A stretch of DNA of 63,954 nucleotides, filler included, from Conidiobolus incongruus B7586 (GCA_000697335.1; 11 parts of 11 records of this genome joined end to end with filler, not necessarily neighbours in it); one strand, 5' to 3'. Positions 12,182 through 27,400 are shown, numbered from the whole stretch's first letter. Notes: a model not told the origin generated them from the sequence alone. Translations and numbers: made by a program.

Positions 12182-13819
12182 ATTTTATATTTTGAGTATA
12201 AGTATATTACTGAAAAGTGTTAAGAAAGAAAAGATGTAACAAGACTAGATACTTTGACTCACTGAAATAAATTTTCACATTTTCAAAATATCATTCCATC
12301 AATCTCATGTCATTTAAATACTTTATTAATTGGATTAAATTAATATTCAGCCAATAAAATCTCCTTTTTTTGCTAATTTCGAGTATTGTGATTTGATGGT
12401 TCTATTCCGTTAATATCCGAACTAGATCTAATATTGATGAGATAGATAAAAATTTTATCTTGATCAAATTCATCAATCAAAAATCAAATTTAAAATTGAA
12501 ATTATTCATAAAATTTTCTACAATATTAAGCTGGGAAATTAAAGTAAATTAATAACATATAACTAATAATAGTAACAAATTAACTATCATAATTTTTATA
12601 TAGACTATGCTAGATATTACCTGTTGAAATATTATACTTTTACAATTATTAATTCAACATATAGTAATATGTTTTAATGAAAAGTCTAATTTAGTATATT
12701 GGAAATTAAACAAATCCAATATTACCTATTATTATGACTGAAAATTTATATATAAAATTTTTTCATAGAATACAATAAAATGTAATATATATTGTATAAC
12801 TCGTTATCATTGATATGGCCCTTATAGTTTAATTTTAAAAACATATCAATAACGATTATTTGTCAATCATGATGATCATTATACGATTTCCTTCTATTTC
12901 ATCATATGGGAATGATAACCAATAAATTAGTCAAAATATTATATTAATTATTTTGAGAATATTAATACCCTCATAAAAAGAATTTCAACTATTAATCTAA
13001 CAACAATTTAAATAATTCAATGAACATTTTTTATTAATAATATCAATAAATTGTAATAAAATCAATTATAATTATTTTAATTATTATATTTATTATTTAA
13101 GCAAAAAACTTATAGATTTATAAATATGATCTTAATTTTTCCATTTTGGTTAACTCTGGGCTTTGATTTATTTATTGTAATTCAATATGGTCTACTTCTA
13201 ATGTTAAATAGATATTGTCCATTACTTTAATTAATCCTGATATTATATATCATTTTGGATCTATGATATATGATTAATTATTTTATAATATGTTTATCAA
13301 TAATTCTTTAAATTTTTATTCGTAGTCAAACTGAGGAATGCTTCAAGTATATACACCTTACTATAACAGCCATTTCAAGTAATTTGCTACATTTTGAACA
13401 GTCATTTTAAAATTTAAAATTTATTTCACAGAATCAGCTTGAAAATATGTATTTTATTATGAATTGTATTTTGGGGATTGTTAATATAATATTCTGAATG
13501 TAACTAAAAATGAAACACGAAAAAGCAATAAATATAGTATTAATACACTAATAGCTAAAAGGTTTGATCAGTTTATATTTCATCAATCATTAACATAGTT
13601 CATCCAAATCCGAGATCAAAATTATAAGTTCAAGAACCTATGTTCCGAGTCATTCCGTGTATCATGATGAGGTACGATTTTTTACATATCATTAAATAAT
13701 CAAAAATATTTGGAAAATAAGATCATGGATTGAAATTTAATTATAATATGTTTTTAATATTTTGTATTGCATCATAAAAAATTTATTTTTAAAATTAATT
13801 TGAATATAGGGTCGGAAAT

Positions 13820-14922
13820 TAAGTAATGGTACTTTTTTCAAATTGGTTTTAAATACAATTTTTAATATAAATTATAATACCACAAACATACAGTATAGAA
13901 TAAATACCCTTCTTTATAATTAAAGACATTTTGTCATATATTTGTCAAGTTCCTAATACCTAAAAAATAGCCCTTTTCATTAAAGACTGAAATTTAATAT
14001 TTCATAATCCAGGTTAATTTATCCTTTGGAATTTATTTTCCTCCAAGCTTAATTTTTAATTATTTAGAGGAATTATAGTTATATAGACCATGATTTGGTG
14101 GATGTTCTAGATATGATAACTCTTGCTTGTTGTTTTTGTTAAGGAAATCTTTTATAGCTTTAACTTAATCTATTTTATAACTATCGTGAAAATAAAAAGT
14201 ATTTTTAGTTTATATCAAAATAACTATTAAGGAATCATTTTATTTCAAAAATTTTATTAATTTATATTGGAATTTTAAACCTTCATGAACCAAATAAAAA
14301 ACTCTTATATTATTATAATATAATCTAATTATTAGTATATATTGATAAACAACATGCTTTTTGTTCGAGTTTATGAAGGGGCTTAATTTAATTTAATACA
14401 ATATTTTGATTTTTATTTAATTAAAAGAATATAAACCAAAGTGTAAAACTCATCAATTATCGTGCATTCAATTAAAAGTCTAGGTTTATGTACATATTCT
14501 GATAAGTATATTATAACTGTAGTTATTCTAGATTCCTTTTGAACCCAAGTTTATATATTTAATACTTATTTTATTTTTTTAAATAAAGTAAAATTAAATC
14601 TAAATATATATAATTCATCTTTATAACAAAATTTAAATAAATTGATAAATTATTTAATAAAAAAAGAGTACTTTTTAATATTTTTTAATTACCAAAAATA
14701 TAATAAAAGAATTAATTTTCTAAATTTTGGCAATTATTGGATAATTTATTTTTCAAAGTCATAAATTTTAGAATAAATTATAATTTAAACTAAAATATAA
14801 TTCTTACAAGTTATTTGTAAATATTAAAAAAATTTTAAAAAATTTCTAATTGTGTTTTCATAATACCCAAATAAAAAACTTATGATAATCTTATTTTTAT
14901 TTAATAATATATAAATTTAATA
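13820..14922 (-). mobile_element. Decayed mariner copy retaining the catalytic-region remnant (DD34D spacing)
   Basis: Terminus TTAAGTAATGG at ~13820. Minus strand 14195-14075 reads FYFHDSYKID*VKAIKDFLNKNNKQELSYLEHPPNHGLYNY, aligning to mariner LHDNARPH...WEVLPHPPYSPDLAPSDY with 34 residues between the second and third catalytic positions. Confidence 0.8.
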
Positions 14923-16041
14923 NNNNNNNNNNNNNNNNNNNNNNNNNNNNNNNNNNNNNNNNNNNNTTAATTAATTAANNNNNNNNNNNNNNNNNNNNNN
15001 NNNNNNNNNNNNNNNNNNNNNNTAAATAAAATAAATTTTTTATATAACTTAAAATTAAATAAAGAATAATGATTATAGGTATAAATATTGACTTTTAATA
15101 TTAACTTCTTTTTATTTTATATTTAAATCAATTTGAGTTTAAATATATAGAAAATTTAAAATTTTGAACAATTTATAAATAAATAAAGTAATTCTTTCAT
15201 AATAATGGATATCAAAAAATTTATATAAATATAAATATACAGCTTATTCAAATAGTGTATTATATGCAATTTATGTAAGTTTGTCAATTAAAGATTTTAC
15301 AACTCAAATTATTTTACTAGTAATATATAATTAGGTGATTTATTATTTAATTTTGATAATGCTATTTTTTTGAGACAATTATGACTATATTCTGATTTAG
15401 AAACTTTATAATTGAAAATAATGATAATATAAATCATCATGAATATATTTATTTAATAACTCTGCAAAGCTTTACATATATTCAATATTTTCATTCAAAC
15501 ATAAACAAATGAAAAATTAAAAGAAAAAATTTTAATTGAAATTGATTAAATACTTAATATAATTTTATTTTCACTAACTATAGAAATCTAATAGATACTT
15601 AGTTGCTCTATTCCAATCATAGCTTATATCAGTTAATACTGTATGTGAGAATATATTTTTTTATTGAAGGACTATATGGCTTTTGCTTAATATTAATTTA
15701 ATCTTTAATAAATAACTTTAATCGAGCCTTATAATCAATTTTGAATTTGAAATGATTTGAATGATATTAATTGTGAATAATTTAAATTGGATGAATATGG
15801 GTAAATTTAATCGATCGACAATCTCAAACTTGCTAGAAAAATTATAATAATAATAAATGTCTATAATAATCATATGGCTGATTGAATGATGTAATATTAA
15901 TATTATATAATATATCATTGCATAATTCATTCACAGTTTTTGATTTTTATAATCATTAATATTAATTTTTGAAGAGTTTGATTATATTAATAAATATTTC
16001 ATGGGAAAATGGTTGTTTATCTATTAAAATACAATACATTC

Positions 16042-17030
16042 ATGCGTATTGTATATTTTTTATTGGTATTTTATAGTAATCCCACTATATCAGGAAAAAT
16101 GTGGTCTCCTCGTCAGCAATTATGCTTTGTCAATATGGAAAGGGAAAAAGCAGGATTACACCCTTTAAAGTTGCATAAGTAATCTTCACATTATATATAT
16201 TAATTAATATTCAAATAATATACATTGTAGAACATTGATAAAGGCTGCCAAATTACATTCCAAAGATATGTCTTCCAACCATAAAATGGACCATAGAGGA
16301 TCAGATGGAACTTCGCCAGCAGATAGGTTGAAAAGACTTGGAATGCATTACTTGTCAATGGGAGAAAATGTTGCTCGAGGTCAAAGAAATACCCATCAAG
16401 TGATGCATGATTGGATGAACTCACCAGGTATATATAGTTTATTTTTGGAATCACAAACACTAATTTTCAATATTAGGACATAGAGCAAATATATTGAATC
16501 GACATTATACTCATTTTGGAGGCGCTTTTATAAGACGGGGAAATTTTTGGACTCAGGAATTTGCTAAGCTTCATCATGATGACAATGGCGGAATAGGATA
16601 TCTTCCCCCAGATTACTATAGTCATGAACATTGTTCACAAATACCAGAAATGATCGACACTAGTGAGATTGGTGAATCAATTGAAGATGAAGTTGATGAG
16701 GTTGAAGAGCAAGTCATAAGTACTCAAACCAACCCAACTTCTATTTCAACTTCTCCAACTGGACAAACTACGCTCATACTGCCACAATCAGCTAATACAC
16801 TAACTCCAATCTCCCAAACAGTTCCCAAACAGCCACTACTGTCAACTCAAATCTTTGATTCAAATAATCAAAATTCTATTCAACAAATAGCACAAATTCC
16901 AACCCAATCTAATTCACAAATCATTCAAACTCAGCCATTAGTGCAAACAGGAACCCAGCCTATCACTCAAGGGCTGGTTCCAGTGAATGTACAACAACTG
17001 CCAGCAACATATGCGGTTCAATTACAATAG
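16042..17030 (+). CDS. Secreted CAP/SCP-domain protein with acidic linker and Q/T/P-rich tail; exons 16042-16178, 16231-16427, 16477-17030
   Basis: Hydrophobic N-terminus MRIVYFLLVFYS; CAP motifs VNMEREKAGL, HSKDM...MDHRGSDG, GENVARGQ, spliced WMNSPGHRANIL and FWTQEF. Confidence 0.9.
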
Positions 17031-17868
17031 TATATTAAATTTTTGCTAGACTCTTTAACTGGCTTAATTATCATAAAATGTTAATTTTAAATATTTTTTA
17101 ATTAAATTTAAGGATATAATAAAGCTATTCATCCAAAACTTAAAGCAATTGTTTATTAATTTCAAAATCCTTTTGAAGGAAATATAATAAACAAAAGCTT
17201 CGATAAATTCTGTTATTCTAGATATGGAGACATACCTCTTATTTAATATAGTTTGATGTTAGATATATTTAACAGACCAATATCAAATTATTCATATCTT
17301 TTTGAGCATTTTTATAGTGTCTCAAATAATTGTTAATATTCAAAATGTTAGAACCATTATAACTCTGTCTATTTAAAATGGATTATTAAAGTGATAATTT
17401 TGAAATACACCTTATTGATTTAACAAACTAACTAACAAGATTTTAAAAAATTTAACGAAAAAATTAGAATAATAAAGATTGATGAATATATAGAATGAGT
17501 ATTAAAAGATTATATTCCAATATTTATACATCATTATACTTCTCAAATTGAAAATAATAAAAATGACTAGTTGTACGAAATATGTTTATAACCTTGATGG
17601 TTTTGCTTTGAAGTGATAATATTAAAGTCGGATTAAATTGAAACAAGATCTTGAGTTAAGTTGAAATTGGAATAAATGATCTACACATTTCAACTGAATT
17701 TTAAAAATATCCGAAATTAAGTTATATGAAGAATTTACTTAAATTTATATGTTGATCTATTTATACTAACATTATTTTTAATATCGTTGGATTTATGTTA
17801 ATAATATATATAATGATGTGAATTCATTGGACAACATTTTGGAATAGTAATTTTCTCCAGTTATACTA

Positions 17869-18585
17869 ATGAAACACTGTCTAGTTCAATTGTTGGCCAT
17901 TATAGGCTGTTTAAGTATAATTGTTGGGAATATAACTTGGGATTCAGTGAATGAGCCATTTACTATTCATTGGAATGGATTAGGACTGAAAGATAACTTT
18001 GTACTGGATGTTCAACTACTAAATTATAATGATACTGGGTTTGTTATTAACTATACAGTTCAAGCACAAAGCTCCACAGGCAAACAACTAATTATTCCAA
18101 AACAATACATTCCTCCTAATACCATCTATTATTTTGAGCTAAAATTTAGACCAAATGGTAATTATATTAAAGAAAATACCTTAAAGTGGAGGACTCAGCA
18201 ATTTACTATCGTTGGTAATTTGACAGATGAATTGGAAATATGTCCTGGAAGTAGCTTTATTTCACCTGGAGAATTTACCATGTGGTATTCCTCAGCTCAT
18301 CCTTTGAATTTAATCTGGAATATTGGCTCTATCAACGAAAACGCTACTTATGTGGACTATGTATTGAAAAACGAAGATGACCCAGCTTTTCGCCATTCAT
18401 ATCTGGATCGAAAAGTGCACGAAGGTGAAAACCAAGATGTTCTCCCAGACTTACAAGCTGAAAAGGGAGATAGATACTATATTGAAGCGGTTGTTCATCA
18501 AAGTCGATCAACTGCATCTGCCACTCCATTTTGCAAGTTTAAGAGCATATATTTTAAAATACGAGATCAATGGGGATTCTATTAA
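17869..18585 (+). CDS. Secreted protein of unknown function, 238 aa, probably two beta-rich (Ig/Kre9-N-like) domains
   Basis: Signal peptide MKHCLVQLLAIIGCLSIIVG, several N-glycosylation sequons, an upstream TATA-like run (~17804) and a clean intronless ORF in AT-rich DNA. Confidence 0.8.
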   Translation: MKHCLVQLLAIIGCLSIIVGNITWDSVNEPFTIHWNGLGLKDNFVLDVQLLNYNDTGFVINYTVQAQSSTGKQLIIPKQYIPPNTIYYFELKFRPNGNYIKENTLKWRTQQFTIVGNLTDELEICPGSSFISPGEFTMWYSSAHPLNLIWNIGSINENATYVDYVLKNEDDPAFRHSYLDRKVHEGENQDVLPDLQAEKGDRYYIEAVVHQSRSTASATPFCKFKSIYFKIRDQWGFY

Positions 18586-18685
18586 CGATAATTTATTATT
18601 TATATAAATAATCTGTTTCACTATTAAAATGAATATAAGAGTTGGACACATAATACTAAATGATTTGCTAATTATGATACAAAAT

Positions 18686-19521
18686 TCAGATTAAACAAGC
18701 ATAGCCTCTCTCCATTAAAACAAAAGCGTGTTTAAACTTAAGAAAAAATAAATTGCCAGTTTGCATGTTCAGTTCAAAAGGCCTAAAATTTAAAGTTAAA
18801 GCTAATATCATAAACAGTGCAGTGTATTTACTTGGCTTCGTGGAAGACATATGGCCCAACGTCTTGGAGAACCCTAATAAAAACACCGTAGTCATCAGAA
18901 GGCTTATTATCTAAAAATCATGAATTAATGAATTAAATTTGTTAGGATAATATGCATACAAGCTTCCTCATCGTCTGGAAATTTTTGCAATACCTGGGGA
19001 AGTTGATTCAAGATAGCATTGCTAAAATGCCCTTCAACTAATTGCTTATAGCTAATAATAATTAATATTAGTTTAATATGGTAGCAAAAATTGTTTAATA
19101 TTTACCTGTTCAAATACTCAATTTCATGTTCTGCAAATTGATCTGACATATTTGGATTAAAGGATAATGTAGAGTAATGATAATAATGCGTTTCAATTTT
19201 ACTCAGTCTGCATCGAAGATAACTTCTCAATATAAATTTAATTCTTTCTACTTCGGTTTGTAATATGGTAATGAACAAAAGATCTTTATCTTTTTCATCA
19301 TTTAGACGCTCTATCTCTGATGTTTGTTCCTCAATTAAACTAGTCAAACCATCCACGTATTCTTTCTTATAGGGCAATAAAATTGGTGAAAGTCGTTCGT
19401 TGGACCAGAAAGTGATCATTTGTTGATTAAAATCTGATATATTCTCAGTTGAGATATCTTGGGATTGTTCAAGATTGTTATTAGAATCAGACATATGAGA
19501 AGAAAGAACGGAATTCATCAT
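18686..19521 (-). CDS. SLD5: GINS complex subunit SLD5 (GINS4); exons 19521-19106, 19051-18960, 18910-18832, 18782-18686
   Basis: WSNERLSPILLPY and LQTEVERIKFILRSYLRCRLSKIE; spliced B-domain KPSDDYGVFIRVLQDVG...GNLFFLKFKHAFVLMERGYACLI. Confidence 0.93.
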
Positions 19522-19657
19522 TTTCAAATGTTCTTATTAATTGCGATTTGGTTTGTAATATATTAGCTATTTTCGATATCAATCAATGTTGTTGGTTGAT
19601 TTTTATTTTCAATTAAACTAGTGATTGAAATTAAATCATTTAGAACTATTTTAATTA

Positions 19658-19665
19658 TTATGGGA
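19658..19665 (-). promoter_or_regulatory. Putative promoter element TCCCATAA upstream of SLD5
   Basis: TTATGGGATA on +, ~137 nt upstream of the minus-strand ATG at 19521. Confidence 0.6.
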
Positions 19666-21131
19666 TAAGGAAAATAATTGAAACAGCTTATATCCTCTGT
19701 TGATTATATATTGTGACTTATATATATTTTAAGTTTCAAAATAATGGAATTGAATTCTGAAAATCATAAAATTGATTTAATATTTTTGAATTATATATCA
19801 ATTTTTGATTCAATAAATAGACACTGGATTCAAGAATTTAAATATTTCTAAACAACAGTTTTTTTAATATCCAGAGCGGAATATAACTTTTCCATATTGA
19901 AGAAATTAACTATTTTAAGTTACAATTACTAGTAATTGTTAATAACTCAAATATCATTAGTTTTCATTTCAAAGAATTAAGAAAATTAGAATGATTAAGT
20001 ATAAACTTCAAATACAATATTCACATATTAAATATAACCAATTTTCAGAATATTTAACTGACTATTGAGTTAATTTCAGAACAATATATTGCAATATAAT
20101 TAATTATAAGCTATTAGGTTAATAATATTTATTAAGAAACAGATAAACAAGTATTGAACTGTTAAACATTATTAAAGGAATAAAATTTGATTAATTAATA
20201 ATTTTTTAAATTCTTGTTATCAAATATATTATTTAATAAATTTTTACCTTGATCTTTAATTTCAATTAATGATCCAAATTTTTCAATTTTTTATTCTATT
20301 AATAAAATAATTTAAATTGAAATTTATACATTATAAATTTTGAAATCATATAACTATATCAAGATCAATTATTTTTATCAACTTTGTTCTATTTAATATC
20401 TTGTTATAATATCTACCACTTAGTTGAAAATTATCTATCAGTGAATCATACCAAGTCTAATGTCACATAATTTTATCTTTTCAATCATTCAATTAACTCT
20501 GCACAATTATTATCTAATTCAAACTCAATATCTTCTATTATATGACTTGATGACCTCATTCTAAGTCCCATCCATAATCACTTATACAATTATTCCATAC
20601 CTCTCATCATTATAAAAATATTAATTTACTCAGCTTTACAAACCACAAATCACGAAAAGTAATAATATCAATAGAATATTACGAATATTATAGTAAGTTC
20701 TTCTTAATTATTCAATATTCTTCTGACAACATTAGTAAACTTTAAAATCAACCTATGTCCTAATAACTATTGTCAGTATATCATATTGAAAAAACAGTCT
20801 CTAAAATAATTAAATGGAAACATCATATATTATATAATTTTTTTCAAAGCACAAAATATCCATTTTAGCTTAAATTTGTCAAAATTCTTATTTATTGTAT
20901 TTAAAATTAATATATAATATTGGCCTGAGAACCTATTTTTAAAGATCCATTGTTGTAATACTTTAATATTATTCAATTTCTAGTTAGTTAACGTTATTTA
21001 ATATGATATTTTTATATTTATAAATCAAATTTAAATATGTTTTTAAACTAATCCCATAATTGGAATTAATTAGGATATATATTAGCATGAATTACAGGGA
21101 TAAATAAAAATTAAATAAATAAGCAAATAAG

Positions 21132-21296
21132 ATGAGAGAAATAATTAGTTTGCAATTTGGAAATTATTTTAATTGGATTAGAACTCAATTCTTGAATTTA
21201 AATATATATTATGTTATTTATATATTAAGTTTCATTAATATTTGTTATTTATTAAAAAAAACAATTGAACAATAGGAACCTTATTTTACCTCATAT
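21132..21296 (+). pseudogene. DML1/misato (tubulin-like) 5' pseudogene fragment
   Basis: MREIISLQFGNYFNWIRTQFLNL, then an intron-like segment with a lost donor ending AATAG (21275), then EPYFTSY. This matches the Dml1 N-terminus MxEIITLQLG..N...THFWNxQESYFTY. TCCCATAA lies at 21052-21059. Confidence 0.75.
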
Positions 21297-22997
21297 ATTT
21301 TGACTATATTTTTTAAATCTTTAAATATATTTAATAAAGATTTGAATTATTTATTTTATTTTAATAATTCTAAGGTATTTATTTTTTTAATATTAATCTT
21401 TAATATAAAAAATATATTATAGATAATACCTCCTATACTTAAAATATTAATATTTGATATAAAAAATATTTATATTTTTGAAACATTTATTTTATAAAAT
21501 TCATAATATATATCAAAATAGTTAAATTAAACTATAGTTTAGATAATCAGCCTGATAAGTTTATTATATTGTAAAGCTTTTAAATTAATATAAATAACTA
21601 TATATAATTAACTTAATTATATAAATAATAATCTTAACTTTAAGATAATAAGAAATTTTTTAATATATGATTTTTTAAACATATTATTAGTTTTAAATAA
21701 AAAAAATATATATATATAATAAATATAAAATTATATNNNNNNNNNNNNNNNNNNNNNNNNNNNNNNNNNNNNNNNNNNNNTTAATTAATTAANNNNNNNN
21801 NNNNNNNNNNNNNNNNNNNNNNNNNNNNNNNNNNNNATTTAATTATTTAATTCTTGTTTAAATTACTTTTTATATTAAATTTTTTCATATATAATAGTTA
21901 TAATAAATTATAAAGTATTTCAAAATTTAATTTATTAAAAAATATATAATAAAATTAGATTAAAATAATTTTATTAAATATATTGAATATAAATTAATTA
22001 AGAAATCGATGATATAGATGATTATTATTATAATTTAAAACTTTATATATTATTATATATGGGAAAAAAGTCATACTTTAATAATCCATTAGATTAAAAT
22101 TTATTTAATTCATATTTTAAAGATTTTTATTATTGATTGTTTAATAAAATATATGTTAAAAACAATGATTGGATTTTAGGATAAGGATGTTGGTTTTATT
22201 CCTCGAACTATTTTATTAAATAGATCATATATCAATTATTGCATGAAATATAATGGAGCTTGCTCAAAACTTATTTTGATTGATAGTATCAGTATTAGTG
22301 TATTAATTAATTCGCAAAATATCAGGATTCTCTAGTCGTTATATCAATAAATTTCAATTTCATATCATCAATTAAAAATGATCAAATCACTATTGTAGTT
22401 CAGTTTTAATTTTATTGTAAGTAGTTTGTAATTGAAGAATAATCAAAATATTATTTAAATAGAGATTTTATGATAATGATAATTAAAATATATATGTTCA
22501 TTTTATCATAAATAAGTTTAACTTTATTTCTGTTGAAATACTTCATATTGTACAAAAATTATTTATGTTAAAATTAATCACATTATTATAAAATAAAATA
22601 TTAAGGGAACTTGATATCTTATAAATCAGTTGATATTATTAATTAATAAATGTTTAATAAAAAAATTAATTCTTTTAATAAATTGAAAATATTAAAATAA
22701 TTGTATAGTGTTATTTTCAATTTCAAAAAGTTATGTACAATATATAAAGATTTTGAACAAAATATTAAATAGATAAGGTAATATAAAATCCATGTATTAC
22801 AATTGTTAATTCAAATAATATTTGAGATATTATAAAAATATATATCAATATAATAATTAAATTATGTTGATAATGTTTGCGATTGTTGATAAAATTCTTA
22901 AATATAATAATAAAATCAATAGAAAAAATTAAAAATATGTATCAATTATAAAAATAAATATCAAATATATTTGAATATAAATTTAGTAAAACTAATT

Positions 22998-23078
22998 CGA
23001 CAAGAGCAGGATTTGAACCTACGCGGGAAATCCCATGTGCTTTCTAGGCACACGCCTTAACCACTCGGCCATCTTGTC
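22998..23078 (-). tRNA. tRNA-Ser (anticodon AGA)
   Basis: Reverse complement GACAAGATGGCCGAGTGGTTAAGGCG-TGTGC-CTAGAAA-GCACA-TGGGATTTCCC-GC-GTAGGTTCAAATCCTGC-TCTTGTC-G: acceptor stem, long variable arm, G discriminator. Confidence 0.95.
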
Positions 23079-23895
23079 TTAGAATTCATCTATCTCAATA
23101 AATATTTTACTTTTATAGATTGACTATTTTAAAAAAAATTTATTTTTCACATTATTATTCCTCTATTCACTTTCAGCATTTAGATATTTATTCTTTTTAA
23201 CCCCTGTTAGCAAAGAAAAGTTTTTAATATGTCTTTAATGGCTAATGTTTATATACTAATTAATATTCGATTTAGTATGCTATTACTAATTATTATTTTT
23301 ATATTTATTCTCAATTGACACTATAAAATTTATATTATTATTGGGAAATAAATCAAACTTGTATTAATATAAATTCAATTTTATTTTAATATAAACTTAT
23401 AACAATATATCATTGGTCATTCATTTAAAGATTTTGATATTAATTAGGAAATTATTAATAAGGAATTTTGTAATAAAAATTGAAATTTAAAGTGAATAAA
23501 AAATATGTATAATTTTTTGAAATTAAAATTACTTTATTTAGAAGGTGAGATATTATGAAATCATGAATAAAAATAGTTGAATGCTATTCATTCAAACTAA
23601 CACATAATATCATACGCATCCAATTAGAAATTACATAAGAATTAGCTAATAGGATAAGGAATGGAGAAAAGATAAAAGGAATATTTGAAAAAGGTTGGAT
23701 AAATATAAACCAATCAAAATAGAGTAGAATGATAATCATCCAATAATATAAGGTAAAGGATTTATTTCAAGATAAAGCGATACAAGGAAAGGGAGAAAAT
23801 AGTAAATCCATACACATGAAACATAAAAGTACAAAATTGTATGGGTTAAGCAAAATAATACAGAATTAAAGTTTATAGTTTAGTTCGTCTCAAAA

Positions 23896-24467
<572 letters not shown>

Positions 24468-27400
24468 TCAGTTACTAGTATAAACAACAAATATTAATAA
24501 GCGAACAACAGAAAAGAAGAGAAACACAAGAAAAACGAAAAGGAGTAAAGTGAAAAAGCTTTAAAACGGTAGCAGAACACTTAAAACGAGTGAAAAAGTT
24601 GAGAAAAATACCTTAAAAATTAAAAAAAAATTAAAAAGTAAAGGCAATGGTAGTGGTGGGGGGGATTAAATAGACTTTCTGGCAAAGACTTAACAACTGA
24701 GACTCAAATTCCAATCCCAATTGACATTGCAATTATCATGATAAAATGATTATTTAATCGAATATCAAACCCAAAATTTTCCATAAATCAAAATCATATT
24801 CCTCATCAATCTCATCATACTTTCATGACTAGCCCATCGTCGCAATGCCCTGCAACCTTCACCTCAGCCATTTCAATTGGGGGCAGATCAGTCAATATTT
24901 TTTACCTCACTTTCCCCGCGGTAAATCACTATCCCAGCATCAACTAGTCTCTATACCGCTACATACACATATGACATTATATCATGTCTAACCAAGATAC
25001 AGAGAAGGTGTCTTCATCAAGGTTTTCTTCAACTGTGTTGAATTTTTAATTGAATGACTATTCAAACTAATTTTACAAAATTTTGTTTGTCATTTGAACA
25101 ATATATCAGGTAATATTCCTTCACAAGCATTCATTAGACCATTGTACAAACATTCACAAGATAAGTTCATAGCATATTGAATATTTTACGTTGACATTAT
25201 ATATAATTGAAGCTCTTTGTATATGAAATATACTATACAACAAACTATTCTTGACACTTTTAATTCACCCTATTTTAATAAATTAAATTGTTTTTATTTC
25301 AATAAATTTTTAATTTTTTTAATGTAATTCAAAAACATATTTGATCTTATTTTAGTTACCATATCTGGTATTCACATTTCACAATCCAATTTATCCTGAT
25401 TTTTCATTTTCTTAAATAAATTATATTTAAATTAAAAATTAAATGAATATTATAGTGAAAGAAATACAATTATTATTTGAACATACAATATTATACCTGA
25501 TATTTTATAATTCAATGATATTTGATATTATTAAAATAATACAATATTAAAAATAGAGTTTTATTTTAAATATTCTTTTGGTGTAAACAATATCAATATT
25601 TGTATCCTATCAAAAAATTTAACGATTTCTCACAGCTCTAAAACAAGGTGTCAGGAGGTATATTAATATGGCTATTTAAAGTCAAAATATAAATAATATG
25701 TATAATTGAATCTTTATATGCTTAAAACTATAACCACTATTATTTTATTATATTATTCATAAATATGATTATATTTATATTTTATGAATGAGTATATATT
25801 TCAATATTGTAAAATTTATCATTGAACACTGACATACTATTAATTGAGAAAAATATCAATTATGTTTTTAAACAGATTTTGAACAATGATATCAATAATA
25901 TTAATTATATCAGTAATATCAATGATTTCATTTTTATTTTTAATTTTTTAAACTCGAATACTAAGTATTATTAATAACCTTGAATGATTAAATAATAAGA
26001 AATCAATTCAGTGTAATTTAGGATTGTTTTGAAGGTATTGTAATGATCACCAATAATGTAGTTATTTCCACATATGTCATAACTTCTTCTACAACCCATT
26101 CAAAATATGATATATCAAATATCATTTTTTTGTATAAAATCGTTATATACTTGTAATTAAACATTATTTAATGTTTTGCATTATTGATATTGATATTCAG
26201 TAACCTCAATTAAACTCATTAAAATTATTCAGATTAGATCAGGATATATTTAGAATTTGACTAATATGATATTTTAATATTATTATAACTTGTTTTTAAA
26301 ATTTTTAATTTTTAAGTTAAAATTCTAAATGAGTTAAAATATTATTCATAAACAAAATCTCCTACTAAAATTATTAAAAATTTATATTTATAATTTATAA
26401 TTTTATATATTTAATTGTTTTTTTATACCAATTTATTCATTTTCTATAATATTGAAAAATCAAAAAATAGAAATTATTTAGCTTTCAATTTTAAATTTGA
26501 AAGATTATCATTTGAATAATGGCAAGTTGAGTGTTAAATATTATATATTTGATGTAATAATAATATTTATAGATGAGTCATTATTTATTTACTTAGTATT
26601 AATAGTAATTGGAATATTTTTGTGTACTTTTTTTTACTGTCGTATAATTCAAAATATAATAATATTGCGTTGAATTTAATATTTTGAACAATGATAAAAT
26701 ATAAGTACAATTATAGCATTGAATAATTAAATTTAATAAAAAATAATATTTTTTATATTAAATAAAAATCAAAAAATTATTAATATAAACAAATATTTTA
26801 CATAATATATATATCTTTTTCAATTATAATAATAATAATAATTCTTATTATCAAATATCAAGTATTTAACTAAATAATATCAATTTAGCATATAATATAA
26901 TTATAATATATTGCTTTAATAATTACAATATATTTCTATTAAATCTTTAAACTTTTATTTTATTATAAAAGATATATTCCTAAGAATTACCTAATTAAAA
27001 ATTATTTGAGCAATTTAATAATGACTTTGATTTAACTTTTGATTATAATAACCCTTATAGATTTTTTTATATATTATAATATAATCTACAAATAACCTAT
27101 TTTAATCTATATTTCTCTTAAAATAATTAAAAATAATATTTTAAAAGAATTTTAATTGAATATAAATTATATATATTTTTTCTCAAAATAATCTTAAATA
27201 TGTAATAATTATTAATATCAATTAGATATATATTATTTATATAATAAATTTAGTTTGAAAAATTATAAAAAAATTATTAAAATATTATTTAAATAATTTT
27301 CCAATTGATTTGGATATATTTAATTAATATAAAAATTCAATTAAAATTTTTCCCTAATATATTTATAATTAAAAATAATCTTTTTATTAATTTATATTAT

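Noticed and set aside
20400..20700. GC-richer patch as a further pseudogene
   Set aside because: No frame gave a motif I could confidently recognise.
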